NCBI GenBank assembly: GCA_963843375.1
Contig: CAWJKT010000008.1
Coordinates: 160,001-224,000, forward strand
Direction: 5' to 3'
Length of the DNA: 64,000 nucleotides
DNA from: an uncultured Pseudomonadota bacterium
GTDB lineage: Bacteria; Oederibacteriota; Muellerivitia; Muellerivitales; Muellerivitaceae
Part shown: piece after piece, positions 9,424 to 19,361 of the stretch
How positions within the stretch are numbered: the first letter of the stretch is position 1
Layout: every line of letters starts with the position of its first letter
Translations under genes and position numbers: made by a program
Notes under the pieces: generated by a model
The model's database searches: none
Told to the model about the DNA's origin: nothing
What the model saw: the letters and a program-made list of their open reading frames with translations, nothing else

Positions 9424-9791
9424 GACGTTTTGGTAGTGGATGCCTTTTCGGGTGACGCTATCCCCATCCACCTACTGACCCGTGAGGCCATCGTGCTTTA
9501 GGGACTGCACCTCAAATCGGGGCGTTCGGGCCATCCATACGAACACCCTTTACTTGAATCTGGCCCTAGTCGTTCGCTTGCTGGGGGAGGATGCCGGCTA
9601 CCAGGTGCGGTGCGTTTCCAATGACGATGACGAGGAAAATGAGATTTACGGCTCAGATTGGGAGTGGTCACCCACAACCTGGATTTCTTGGAAAACTCGG
9701 GAAGAGCTACGATTTGGAACCCATTGCGGTTCCGCCCAAGCTGAGGATTTGGACCGACGACTTCAACAACCTATTTCAAATATTAAGATAA
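9424..9791 (+). pseudogene. C-terminal remnant of fused MFS/spermidine-synthase-like methyltransferase
   Basis: DVLVVDAFSGDAIPIHLLTREA...RIWTDDFNNLFQILR*; in-frame stop, frame changes, N-terminal part absent. Confidence 0.8.
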
Positions 9792-9916
9792 GTTGAAACG
9801 GAACTTTTACCCATATGAGTTAAATCATAATTCCCTTATCGGTTCTCTTTTAAGATAAACTTACGGATGGGTGCTCATATTCCCCCGAAAAATTCCATCG
9901 TTAAGGAAGAAATTTC

Positions 9917-10198
9917 ATGAACCCTTGGGAGATCGTCGCGGAGCAGGAGAAGGTCGATTCGGAAGCACGCTACCGGCTGGTCCTATTGCGCAGTTCAACC
10001 CCCTGGGAACCCTACAGGGTTTACGGCCTGGAAAGACGCAATGGCTTTTGGGACCTAGTGGACAAGTTTAATATTCCCGGATCAGACGGTGCCGATGACA
10101 CCGACTGGGCTTTTGAGCAGGCCTGGATGCTATTCGACGGTCGGGGACTGGCCTCGGGCCGACAAATGTCCCATCTCTTCCATAAATCCACAACTTAA
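9917..10198 (+). CDS. Hypothetical protein (93 aa), paralog of 6938-7219
   Basis: Shared WEIVAEQEK, YRLVLLRS, VYGLER, FWDLVDKF and FEQAW blocks. Confidence 0.8.
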   Translation: MNPWEIVAEQEKVDSEARYRLVLLRSSTPWEPYRVYGLERRNGFWDLVDKFNIPGSDGADDTDWAFEQAWMLFDGRGLASGRQMSHLFHKSTT

Positions 10199-10208
10199 AA
10201 ATCTTCCA

Positions 10209-11559
10209 TTATTTACTAAGCCTTGCCCGGACATAGGCTATGTTTTCTTTTAGGTTGTAAAGCATTGGTATATAGTTTGCGGATACCCTCACTCGGTTGG
10301 TTCGTTCTTCAAGATGTTTCAAGCGGGTCAGGATTTCCTCGGTTGGCGGCCGGGATCCCAGTTTATTAATCTCCATCTCCAGCCAATGAAGTTCGCCGTA
10401 AATCAGGAAAATTCTCCGTTGCATACCCCAACCATACAAAGCCGCCAGCCCCTTTCCAAGTGGATAGAGAAGACCCAAGAGAGGAATCACCAAAACCGCG
10501 GCTTGTTCCACCAGGGCCGCAAGCCAGAAGGGCATGTAACGCTGTAGGAAGGGCCGGCCCGATTTGTAGTAATGCCTTGCGTCGGAACCCAGTTCGATCT
10601 CTAGCGCTTCCGGCGCTGGAAATTCACCCGCTTTCTGGAAGATCCCCCCGTGGGAATGGATCTGGGATGCGGTTTCCAGCAACAGATATTGAAGGGCGGG
10701 ATGCAGGTTAGCCCGGACGATAAGACTGGTTTTGGTGGCGAGCAAGGTCGTGTCGTGAGGCGGGCGGTTATATTTCAAGTCTCCCACACCCGCCGGAAGC
10801 ACCCGCTTGTACAACGAAGGAAAAAGCGCAACATAGGCGTCGGCCCTGGAAAAATTGGCAAGGTCGATTCCGGGGGCGTCGATTAATTTTCGGATGATTG
10901 GGGAACCCCAACTTGTCATGAGGATCGCTGCGTCGATCTTGCCCTCTAGCAGTTCGGCTGTGGCTTCCTCCGGTTCCAGGCTCAACGCTTGGAAAGATCC
11001 TAACTCCAGTGAGCTTCGTTTGAGAAGTTCCTCAACTAACGACCGGGTGTCACTTCCCTCCGGCCCCACCGAGACACGTTTCCCCTGAAGGGCAAATAAA
11101 ATCCGGTCCGTGGCCACCTTACGGGAGAAAAACCATACGGGCTCATACCCCAGGGTTCCTAAGGAGACGAGGGCGGGTGAGTCTGTGTCTGTGGCAACCC
11201 CTCCTTCCACGAAACCCAATTGGACCCCTGACTTAGGATCGACGAAGTAAATTGAGATTCTCTACCCCCCCGGCAGTGGGCTTTAAAATCAAGTCAATGC
11301 CCTCTTTTGCCAGCAATATCTTGTATCGCTTCCCCCAAAAGGCGTAGGTGCTTCCTTCCGGGCCGGTGGCCATGGTGATGGTGCGGGGCGGAAGTGGATG
11401 AGTCACCGAGATGATCCAGGTAAACCCTATCAAGATAACAACCAAGGAAAAAAATAGGATTCTTAAAGCTTTACGCGAAATAAGGGGACGTGCTGACGCA
11501 CCCAATCCAAGGGGGACATTGTTATTCCCTTCCCTTTTATGGTTCGATTGATTTGCCAT
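10209..11559 (-). CDS. TAXI-family TRAP solute-binding protein with membrane C-terminus (one frameshift near 11240)
   Basis: TITMATGPEGSTY, TAGGVENLNLL, YEPVWFF, GKRVSVGPEGSDT and PFLQRYMPFWLA. Confidence 0.85.
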
Positions 11560-11777
11560 TAAACGCTCCTCATTATTTTAGATCTAATTGAACCCGTTTC
11601 CCGGCCCGCCGACGCTGCCAGTCGAGCCACAGTTTAACAGAAGTAGTAAAAGTCTCCCGACTAGACTTTTTTAAAAATCAACCTTCTATTCGGCCAGAAA
11701 AGAAACAAGTCTTTCTAACAAGGGAAATATGGTAATTTCTACGGGACCGTCTTATTATTTGCCTCAACTCATTCAAA

Positions 11778-11820
11778 GTGCCCATAGCTCAATTGGATAG
11801 AGCTTCTGACTTCGGATCAG
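11778..11820 (+). repeat. Left att site: 43-bp copy of the tRNA-Arg 5' half
   Basis: GTGCCCATAGCTCAATTGGATAGAGCTTCTGACTTCGGATCAG is identical to 20499-20541, then the sequences diverge. Confidence 0.95.
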
Positions 11821-11883
11821 GAAGTTAGGAAAACAAGTCTTCTTGAGTTTGGAAAATCAAAAATTAAGTCCCCAGCGCATTTT

Positions 11884-11936
11884 AAAGGCCTTTGTTTACA
11901 AGGGTTTCACAACCCAAGTATCCAGAGGCCTTTTTT
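11884..11936 (+). terminator. Hairpin plus T-tract downstream of the tRNA fragment
   Basis: AAAGGCCTTTG...GGGTT-TCAC-AACCC...CAGAGGCCTTTTTT. Confidence 0.55.
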
Positions 11937-11990
11937 GTAACTGACGGTTGGTGTTGGTTTGGTATGAATAAAGTGGCCGGCAATGGATTC

Positions 11991-12010
11991 GAATGACACG
12001 TATAAGACAC
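11991..12010 (+). repeat. Putative integrase arm-type site (left)
   Basis: GAATGACACGTATAAGACAC is 19/20 identical to 20406-20425. Confidence 0.75.
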
Positions 12011-12139
12011 CTAAAATCAAACCAGGGGCCCCCTAAAACACAGTCGATGGAGCGGTCCACGACGCCAGGTTAGAGAACAAGAAAGCATTCTTTTTAGGTG
12101 TGGTAAGAGACGTTTAAAGGAATTCTTTCCAAAAAGAGT

Positions 12140-12946
12140 CTACATAACCCCTAGTATCCAGCCTTCAATTTCAGCGATCTTCCGATCTGTTGATTTAAGT
12201 GGGGGAACAAAAAAGCCCATAAGCCTTCCTTCAAGATCTGTTCGTCGCATCCATTCCGAAACAGAATAAGCATCATGTTGATCGGCATTTCGGCTCTCAC
12301 GTGAGAAACTCCTGCTCCATAAAGATGGATAAATCTCAACAATGACGGAACGTCCGACTGGAATATCCCAGCCATCAAACGGCCAAAAATGAACTTTATT
12401 ACCTAATTTTCGATGAAGATAATTCAGCCAAGGCAACCCTGAGTGAGTAGATTTGGCCACGGAACCTTGGACATCAAACTGGAAAACGGACTTGGCTGTA
12501 TGAGCATGCAGCTCAGTTATCCTCCGCCATCGTGAGTTCCCGGTTCTGGCCTTTCCATTACCTACGTCTCCATAACGTACAAAATCAACATAGATATTGT
12601 CCTCATCAGTTGGCCAGTGTTGTTGGAAATCATCAAGGAAATCGAACCAATTGTGGGGCAATCCGTATTTTTCAAAATAAGAAATTGGGAACGAAAATCC
12701 ATGGTCTATACCAACTAAGGTCGCCAAGGGTTTAGACAATCCCTCAACCAACCATTCGCCAATACCGCGTCTGGTCCAATACTTTTTTGGGCTTGGAGGT
12801 GGTTCGACTTCTACTGGCAAAGTTCCTGGGGTCGCCATATATACCCGTAAACCCTTAAGGCTGGATGTGGGGGTTTCGGCACCAGAATAATCGATACCAA
12901 TGTAGCGTTTAAATAAAGGGTCTGTTTTGGGACTCATTAAACCCAT
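12140..12946 (-). CDS. RNase H-fold protein, DUF429-like predicted nuclease
   Basis: YIGIDYSGA, LVGIDHGFSFP, RITE, VEIYPSL, DQHDA and EGWI motifs. Confidence 0.7.
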   Translation of the reverse strand: MGLMSPKTDPLFKRYIGIDYSGAETPTSSLKGLRVYMATPGTLPVEVEPPPSPKKYWTRRGIGEWLVEGLSKPLATLVGIDHGFSFPISYFEKYGLPHNWFDFLDDFQQHWPTDEDNIYVDFVRYGDVGNGKARTGNSRWRRITELHAHTAKSVFQFDVQGSVAKSTHSGLPWLNYLHRKLGNKVHFWPFDGWDIPVGRSVIVEIYPSLWSRSFSRESRNADQHDAYSVSEWMRRTDLEGRLMGFFVPPLKSTDRKIAEIEGWILGVM

Positions 12947-13188
12947 TCCAACTTATTCAAAAATTATAATCAGCCCACCGCTCGTAAAATGCCCAAAAAC
13001 AGGTATACAACCGTATTATAGGCAAGATTACGGCATTTAGGCTATCCCCCTACATTAAAAAATAATCGTGCCTCCTACATGACAAAAACCGACTCTTGAA
13101 GATCGTAATTGAGGATTCCATGAATATAAAGCAATAATAATTTTTAACGGCTTATTACTCGACATCACTAGATGAATTAGAGGAATGG

Positions 13189-13959
13189 TTAATCGGGGAT
13201 ATCTCTTTTTATACCTTCTAATTCAAACGCATAACCAATTCCGACATTTGAAGAACGTTCTATTTGTTTCGCAATACCAGCCATTTGTTTTTGTGTAACC
13301 GAAAGGGCTTGACCGATATCTATCCCGCCCATATTAATCATAAATTTTGCCTTTTGTAGCGTTGCCGCATTATTAGTAAAACTTTTTATTAATTCATTAA
13401 AACTTTCAGATAGACCGGTACCCTTTCTTGTTACAATTCCAATAACTTTATTTTCTTGCAAATCGATCAATGGACCGCCAGAGTTTCCACTATTTACATT
13501 AAGATCTAATTGTAAAATCTTAATCCCGTTTTTTTGATATCGGGATGAAACAAATCCTGTGTTTATTGTTAGATTTTGACTACCAAAATGAAACCCAAAA
13601 GACGCGACTTGAAGCCCGATTTCAATATTCATTTTTTTAGAAAACTCTAAACCGGGAATACTTTTAAAATCATCCAAGTCAAAAATCGCATAATCCCATT
13701 CTTTTTCACCACTTCCTGATAATAAATGTTTATTTAAAATATCGACCGGATAAGATTTTTCCAGTATTGTTGTATTACCATCAGTTTTTACGAATCGTAT
13801 TTTTGCAATGGTTGCATCAGGAACATCTATAACATGGTTATTTGTTATTACTTTATCTCCTAATTTAAAGCCGGTTCCACCGCTAACATATGTCCCGTTT
13901 TTTTCGTAAACAATTGAACAAACAGAACCAGATACCTCTTTCCATGCTTTTGTAATCAT
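13189..13959 (-). CDS. Cytoplasmic trypsin-like (S1) serine protease with helical insertion
   Basis: GTGF, ITNNHVI (His), WDYAI (Asp), GNSGGP (Ser); no signal peptide or PDZ; the ORF track's longer N-terminus runs into the IS. Confidence 0.88.
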   Translation of the reverse strand: MITKAWKEVSGSVCSIVYEKNGTYVSGGTGFKLGDKVITNNHVIDVPDATIAKIRFVKTDGNTTILEKSYPVDILNKHLLSGSGEKEWDYAIFDLDDFKSIPGLEFSKKMNIEIGLQVASFGFHFGSQNLTINTGFVSSRYQKNGIKILQLDLNVNSGNSGGPLIDLQENKVIGIVTRKGTGLSESFNELIKSFTNNAATLQKAKFMINMGGIDIGQALSVTQKQMAGIAKQIERSSNVGIGYAFELEGIKRDIPD

Positions 13960-14066
13960 AGGCATCCTCGAATCTTCGAAGTAATTGTGCGAAACAAAAT
14001 CACAACTTTCAGCTATTTTTTCCATGTGGCTTCGACATGACCTGCCCCCAAAGTTAGTGCCAATTC

Positions 14067-14960
14067 CTATCTCACAGCATAGGACCAATTGGCGGAACCC
14101 ATTAGCGGCATAGGCTTGGTTTTGGGTTCTAAAATCCAAGCTTCTGGTGCTGGCGGCAGATAGCCCAACGAACTATGCGGCCTTCTGGTGTTGTACTCCT
14201 TCCGCCATCTTTCGACAATCACTTTTGCTTCCCAAAGCGTGTCGAAAACTTCTCCATCCAACAAATCGTACCTCAGCTTGCCGTTGAAACTCTCGTTGTA
14301 GCCGTTCTCCCATGGACTTCCCGGCTCGATGTAGAGCGTCTTCACACCTAGTTTCGGCAACCAATCCTTTACCTGTTTAGCAGTAAATTCAGGACCGTTG
14401 TCGGAGCGAATGTGTTCCGGTACGCCTCTTTCCACAAACAACTCAGCCAATATCCCTTGAATGTCATGCGCCGGAAACTTTCTCGCCACCGGCAGAGCCA
14501 GACATTCGTGGGTAAACTCATCAATCACCGTCAAAATCCTAAAAGGTCGTCCGCCAGTTGTGATGTCTGCCACAAAGTCATAGCTCCAAACGTGGTTAGG
14601 TCTCTCAGCTCTGAGTCGAATACAAGACCCATCGTTGAACCAAAGCCTTCCTCTTTTCGGCTGTTTTTCCGGTACTTTCAGCCCCGCTTCCCGCCACAAC
14701 CTTTCTATGCGCTTGTGATTAACCTTCCAGCCTTCCCATCGAAGCAACGCCGCGATCCGCCGATACCCATATCGGCCATACATACAAGCCAACTCCACCA
14801 TCCGTCCTACTAAAAGCAGGTTCATCAGGACGAACCTGTGGTTTGTATCGTTGGGTACTTCTGGATTGGCCTAATGCCCGGCAGGCACGTCTTTGGGAAA
14901 CCTGTACTTTTTCACAAGCGAGTTGGATTCCACGCCGACGTTTTTCCGGGCTTAGAAGTT
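14067..14960 (-). CDS. IS3 transposase OrfB (DDE), one extra T near 14815
   Basis: YGYRRI, WSYDF, IRSDNGPEF, GYNESFNG and RPHSSLGY motifs. Confidence 0.9.
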
Positions 14961-15231
14961 TCCCCGGGCCAACTCTTTCAAAATCGCTTTATCCAGCACT
15001 AAATCAGCCACGACTTTCTTGAGCTGGGCGTTTTCTCTTTCAAGGTCTTTGAGTTTTTTGGCTTGGTCCATCTTCAATCCGCCGTACATTTTGCGCCAGC
15101 GGTAGTAGGTGAAAGATGTGATTTGAAGCTTCGCGGCAGACTTCCTCGACTGAGCGCCCTTTGGCTTGCTCTACTTCCACCTGGCGAAGTATGGAAATGA
15201 TTTGCTCTGCGTTATGTTTCTTTCTCGGCAT
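14952..15231 (-). CDS. IS3 transposase OrfA (HTH), one indel near 15120
   Basis: MPRKKHNAEQII...TYYRWRKMYGG...LERENAQLKKVVADLVLDKAILKELARGNF*; G_GGA_AAC slippery site at the orfA/orfB junction. Confidence 0.85.
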
Positions 15232-15344
15232 AAAGCCCCCTTTTTCAGCCCGCCTTTCGGGGTTATTATAACCTTACAGGTGGACCAGTTTTTGGGGGGC
15301 AGGTCAATTGCTTTACCTGATATGTTATTAGTTAAAAGCAAATA

Positions 15345-15801
15345 TTAAAGATCAATGCCTATCACATATATTGGAACTTGGATTGCACTTTTAAATTGAG
15401 GTAAATATCTAACTATCTTTTCAAAAGACAAGGAGCCTTCCCAATTCTGATTAAAGTCCTTCATCAATTTATTTTGAAATTCTTTAGTCGTGGCAATGTA
15501 TACTCCAACATCAATTTTATCTAAGGCTGAATATGAACCGACTTGAAACTTCAATAAATCTATTCCTATAAAAGATGCGTGGCCAAACCCAACTTCGATT
15601 CCAACTCGATCCTTCAAAAAATCCATTTTTGCCATTAATTCTTCATCACCAAATACTCGCGGTTGATCTTCCCAACCTTTTGCAATAAATCTTTCTCTTA
15701 ATAATTTATTAAATTCAGGCCGTGATAAATCTTTTATTTTGATTGATGGGTCAACAAGAATGTTTTCGATTTCTTGTTTTAAAGAGAGATGACTATTCAA
15801 T
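15345..15801 (-). pseudogene. BglII/BstYI-family type II restriction endonuclease, 5' end cut by IS21
   Basis: MDFLKDRVGIEVGFGH...DLLKF...IDVGVYI...SFEK pattern; ORF abuts the IS21 end with no own start or RBS. Confidence 0.75.
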
Positions 15802-15901
15802 TGCTAACGCCGGTCGAAAAGTGTGACGGTGGGCGGTCCAAAAGTGTGACACCCCCCGCCTTCCATACGCCTTTAGGGTATATGGTCGTTGGTTGAACCT
15901 A

Positions 15902-16675
15902 TCAATCCTTCTTGTCTTTACGTCTCAGCCGTTTCTTCGCTTCCACCAGCCTGAAGCTTTGGCCGTTGGCCTCCAGAATATGCACCCGATGGGTCAAACG
16001 GTCAATAAGGGCCCCCGTCATCCTTTCGGAACCCATGATTTCCACCCAGTTTTCAAAGGGAAGATTCGTCGTTACCATCAGGCTGGTTCGCTCATAGGCC
16101 TTGCTGACCACCTCAAACAGCAACTCCGCTCCCGGCTTGGTGAACGGTACGTAACCCAATTCATCCAAAACGATTAGGTGGAGCCTGGCCAACTGCCGAT
16201 GGAACTTGGCCAATTGTTTTTCCTCGCGGCGCTCCAGAAGTTCGGTGACCAGGCCGGTCACGGAGAAGAACTTCACCGCCCGGCCCTGACAGCAGGCCTG
16301 GTAGGCCAGCGCCGTGGCCAAATGGGTTTTACCTGTTCCCGAATTGCCGATCAGCAGGACGTTTTCTTTTTTGTCGATGTACTCGCCCCGCATGAGTTCC
16401 CGCGTCAATTCCTGGTTGATCGAAGGCTGGGCCTTGAAGTCGAACGTGTCCAAAGTTTTGAGCACGGGAAAGTTGGCGTCGCGGATGCGCCTCTCCTTGG
16501 CCCGGCGTTCCCGGTCTAGAAGCTCCATCTCGGCCAATTTGAGCAGATATTGTGGATAGTCACTGCGTTCTGTGCGGCAGAGTTGGGCCATCTTGTCGTA
16601 CTCCCGCTGCATGGTAGGCAGCTTGAGTTTTTTGAGGTGGTGTTCCAGCAAGAGCGTCTTTTTGGATTCGCTCAC
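15902..16675 (-). CDS. istB: IS21 helper ATPase IstB
   Basis: GNSGTGKT Walker A, LIVLDELGY Walker B, TTNLPF and DRLTH. Confidence 0.95.
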   Translation of the reverse strand: MSESKKTLLLEHHLKKLKLPTMQREYDKMAQLCRTERSDYPQYLLKLAEMELLDRERRAKERRIRDANFPVLKTLDTFDFKAQPSINQELTRELMRGEYIDKKENVLLIGNSGTGKTHLATALAYQACCQGRAVKFFSVTGLVTELLERREEKQLAKFHRQLARLHLIVLDELGYVPFTKPGAELLFEVVSKAYERTSLMVTTNLPFENWVEIMGSERMTGALIDRLTHRVHILEANGQSFRLVEAKKRLRRKDKKD

Positions 16676-18183
16676 GCTTCACCTCCCACAACCATCAGCT
16701 CCCGGTAGGCCGAAAGATCCGTCCGGGCCACTTGAACCCGTCGTAAGTGCTCACGACCGGCAAGGCTGAAGGTGGTCAGCCTGTAATCCTCCCTGGGGTA
16801 GAGCAACTGGGCGACGGCGTCCCGGGTATAGATTTCCATTCCCACAGCTTTCTTCACCGCACGGGTGAGCCGCGAGAGGGAATATTTCTCCAAGAGGCGC
16901 AGAGTCTTGATGAATTCCCGTGTCCCTTCACCATGGTGCCTTTCCATGGCTTCCATGCGGCGGCGCAGGAGGGGAAAACTTTCCGGCAGGTTCCAGTCTT
17001 CCAGGGGCCGGGCATGATCGAGGGCTCCCGGTTTCCCTTCCAAAACCGCTAAATAATGCACCGGATTGAAGACCACACCTTCCTTTCCCCAAAGGCGATC
17101 GTGAGTCGCGATGAGCCTGTCCTTGTGGAAGATATCCACTCGCTTGATGTACCCCTTCACCACCACCGGATGGTGTGCCCATTCGGAAGGAACGGAATAG
17201 TCGTTGGTGTCGAAACGCACGAGGGACAAAGACGTGGCTGTCGTGGACTGTTTCAGACAGGCGTCAAAGGGAGTGGCCGGCAAAGGCCTGAAATGGGCCT
17301 TATCCTCGTCTAGAAGCTGCACCTTGGGTAGACCCTTCCCCCGCAATTTGCGCTTCAAGTCCTCCCGGCATTTCACCTCCAACTGCTCGTTCAGTTCATC
17401 CAGGTTTCCCACCTGTGGAACCGGGACCATGAAGTTCAGGCGGACGTATTTCACCCCGCCTTCCACGACGCCCTTTTCATTGCCACGGCGTATCGTGCAG
17501 AAGTGGTGATCGAAGAGGTAATGGCTCTCCAATTGCTGGAAACTTTTGGTCAAAATCCGTTGGTGTACCCCGGCGATCTTCGTCACGAGGGTCTTGGCAT
17601 TGTCGTAGCTGATCCGCCAGGGCACGCCGCCAAAATATTCGAAGGCCCGGATATGGCCTTCCCACACGAACTCCGTGCTTTCCCGCTCAAACATCTGGAC
17701 GAAAAAAGCATCCGAATACGGAAGTGCCATCACAAAGAAAGGCCGTTTCACCAACACACCGTTGAGTTTGACCAGGGCGTGTCCAAAGTCCACCTGGGCC
17801 TCCCCGGGCCGATGGATCAAAGGCACGAAGACCTCGCTATTCTTTTGCTTGAACCCCTGGACGGCTTTTTTCACCTGGCTATAGCCGCCGGTGTAACCAT
17901 CCTCATCCCGCAGGCGCTCAAAAATGCGCTTGGCCGTATGTCGTTGTTTTTTGTGGACGTGCTTGTCGTCCTGAAGGATTTGCTTGATGCGGCCCAGGAA
18001 GGGCCCAATCTTGGGCTGTGACCTCTCCCGGTACATTCGGTAGCCCGGGGGTTGGCTATGGGCGAGTATTTTCTTGAGGGTTTCCCAGTGGATGCCTTCT
18101 TCTTCCATCACCTGGCGTTTGGAGACCCCCTCCACCAGGATTTTCTTGCGGATTTCGGTCCATCGGTCCATGTCCTTGTACAC
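16672..18183 (-). CDS. istA: IS21 transposase IstA
   Basis: QVDFG, YDNAK, EKGVVE DDE triad; VRFDTNDYSVP; GTG start after AGGAGG. Confidence 0.95.
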   Translation of the reverse strand: MYKDMDRWTEIRKKILVEGVSKRQVMEEEGIHWETLKKILAHSQPPGYRMYRERSQPKIGPFLGRIKQILQDDKHVHKKQRHTAKRIFERLRDEDGYTGGYSQVKKAVQGFKQKNSEVFVPLIHRPGEAQVDFGHALVKLNGVLVKRPFFVMALPYSDAFFVQMFERESTEFVWEGHIRAFEYFGGVPWRISYDNAKTLVTKIAGVHQRILTKSFQQLESHYLFDHHFCTIRRGNEKGVVEGGVKYVRLNFMVPVPQVGNLDELNEQLEVKCREDLKRKLRGKGLPKVQLLDEDKAHFRPLPATPFDACLKQSTTATSLSLVRFDTNDYSVPSEWAHHPVVVKGYIKRVDIFHKDRLIATHDRLWGKEGVVFNPVHYLAVLEGKPGALDHARPLEDWNLPESFPLLRRRMEAMERHHGEGTREFIKTLRLLEKYSLSRLTRAVKKAVGMEIYTRDAVAQLLYPREDYRLTTFSLAGREHLRRVQVARTDLSAYRELMVVGGEA

Positions 18184-18315
18184 TCCTTTTCCTCCTGGAG
18201 GCGTGGTTTTCATCTTTGAAAACCCACATCTTCCAGGGAATTTCGGGGAGTGTCACACTTTTCGACCGCCTTTTTGCCCTCTCTAGACCGTCACACTATT
18301 GGACCGGCGTTTACA

Positions 18316-18991
18316 ACATCCTGAAAATGAAACAAGAATGTTCTCTTTAACCTTACTTGATACCCAAGAACAGACTAAAAATATTATTAAAAGCCTAGCA
18401 AATCAAACCCATATCGATTTCGATTATAAACCTTGGCATTCACTTCACTATTGGTTATCCACTCAAAGCAAAGAGGTAGTCATTCCATATGCGGAAGTAT
18501 TGTCAGAACTAATACCGCCCATTGCAGTAAGGCTCAGACGTGATTTTCATCAATTATTAATCATGATTAAAGCTCACACAATTTTACACCAGACAAATCG
18601 TGAGAAAACACCAACCGGGGAAATTATCGCCACCTTTGAAGACTACACGGCAATTTTCGGATTAATTTCAGAATTAATCGAGCAAGAGGTTGGGACTGGT
18701 GTAAGTGAACAAACACGTCAAACAGTACTTGCAGTTCAAAGCATTCTTGAATCCAGAAATAAACCGGGTGATTTTGTAACTCAGGCTGAAATAAAAACCG
18801 TTTTGAATCTAGACAAATCATCAATCTCCCGAAGAGTTCAAAACGATCAAAAATCAGGTTATTTAAAAAACTTGGAAGAGAAAAAGGGACGACCTTATCG
18901 GCTTGTTATTGGTGACCCTTTGCCTGAAAAATTGGACCTTCTTCCTAAACCTGAAAAATTAATGAATTATTTTGAGGCAAAAAGTAAATAA
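18316..18991 (+). pseudogene. C-terminal part of an element replication protein (primase-associated AAA+/helicase lid plus HTH), truncated by IS21
   Basis: ENETRMFSL, IPYAEVL, RLRRDFHQLL..IKAHTILHQ..R, IATFEDY and LNLDKSSISRR; begins at the IS end. Confidence 0.65.
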
Positions 18992-19109
18992 AAGTTTAAT
19001 TTGTGACACTTTTTATAAATGGAATTGGAATAGAGATAAAGGGATATATGGAATTGGATTTTATTAATGGATCAATGGGAGCCCAACCTGCCCATAAAGC
19101 AGACGATAT

Positions 19110-19361
19110 ATGCAGTACAAGGAATTAATTATGTTGAAAAATAATAATTTATATGAAGACGAGCTACTAACTGATGAGCAGGCGGCAACAATGGCCAAAG
19201 TTAGCCCTAACACAATTAGGTATTGGCGACAAATACGCCTATTGCCTTCTATTAAAGTCGGTAAACACCCACGTATTTGGCTTTCTGTTTTTAACAAGGT
19301 TTTTCAGAAACCTGATGATAATATTACTCAGCTGGGGACATTAGGGGGGACGCATGAGTAA
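19110..19361 (+). CDS. Excisionase-like HTH protein (start 19110 or 19131)
   Basis: LLTDEQAATMAKVSPNTIRYWRQIRLLPSIKVGKHPRI; overlaps the integrase start. Confidence 0.85.
   Translation: MQYKELIMLKNNNLYEDELLTDEQAATMAKVSPNTIRYWRQIRLLPSIKVGKHPRIWLSVFNKVFQKPDDNITQLGTLGGTHE

Larger units (their letters stand above)
14038..15306 (-). mobile_element. IS3-family insertion sequence
   Basis: Terminal IRs TGACCTGCCCCCAAAGTTAGTGCCA and TGACCTGCCCCCCAAAAACTGGTCCA; orfA/orfB organisation; no target duplication visible. Confidence 0.93.
15802..18315 (-). mobile_element. IS21-family insertion sequence
   Basis: IRs TGCTAACGCCGGTCGAAAAGTGTGACGG and TGTAAACGCCGGTCCAATAGTGTGACGG with repeated subterminal AGTGTGAC motifs; istA-istB; no target duplication. 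Confidence 0.95.

Noticed and set aside
11778..11830. Second complete tRNA-Arg
   Set aside because: Lacks the T arm and 3' acceptor strand; it is the att duplication
13960..14139. N-terminal extension of the island protease in the ORF track
   Set aside because: Runs through the IS3 end; a GAGG RBS supports a start at 13959
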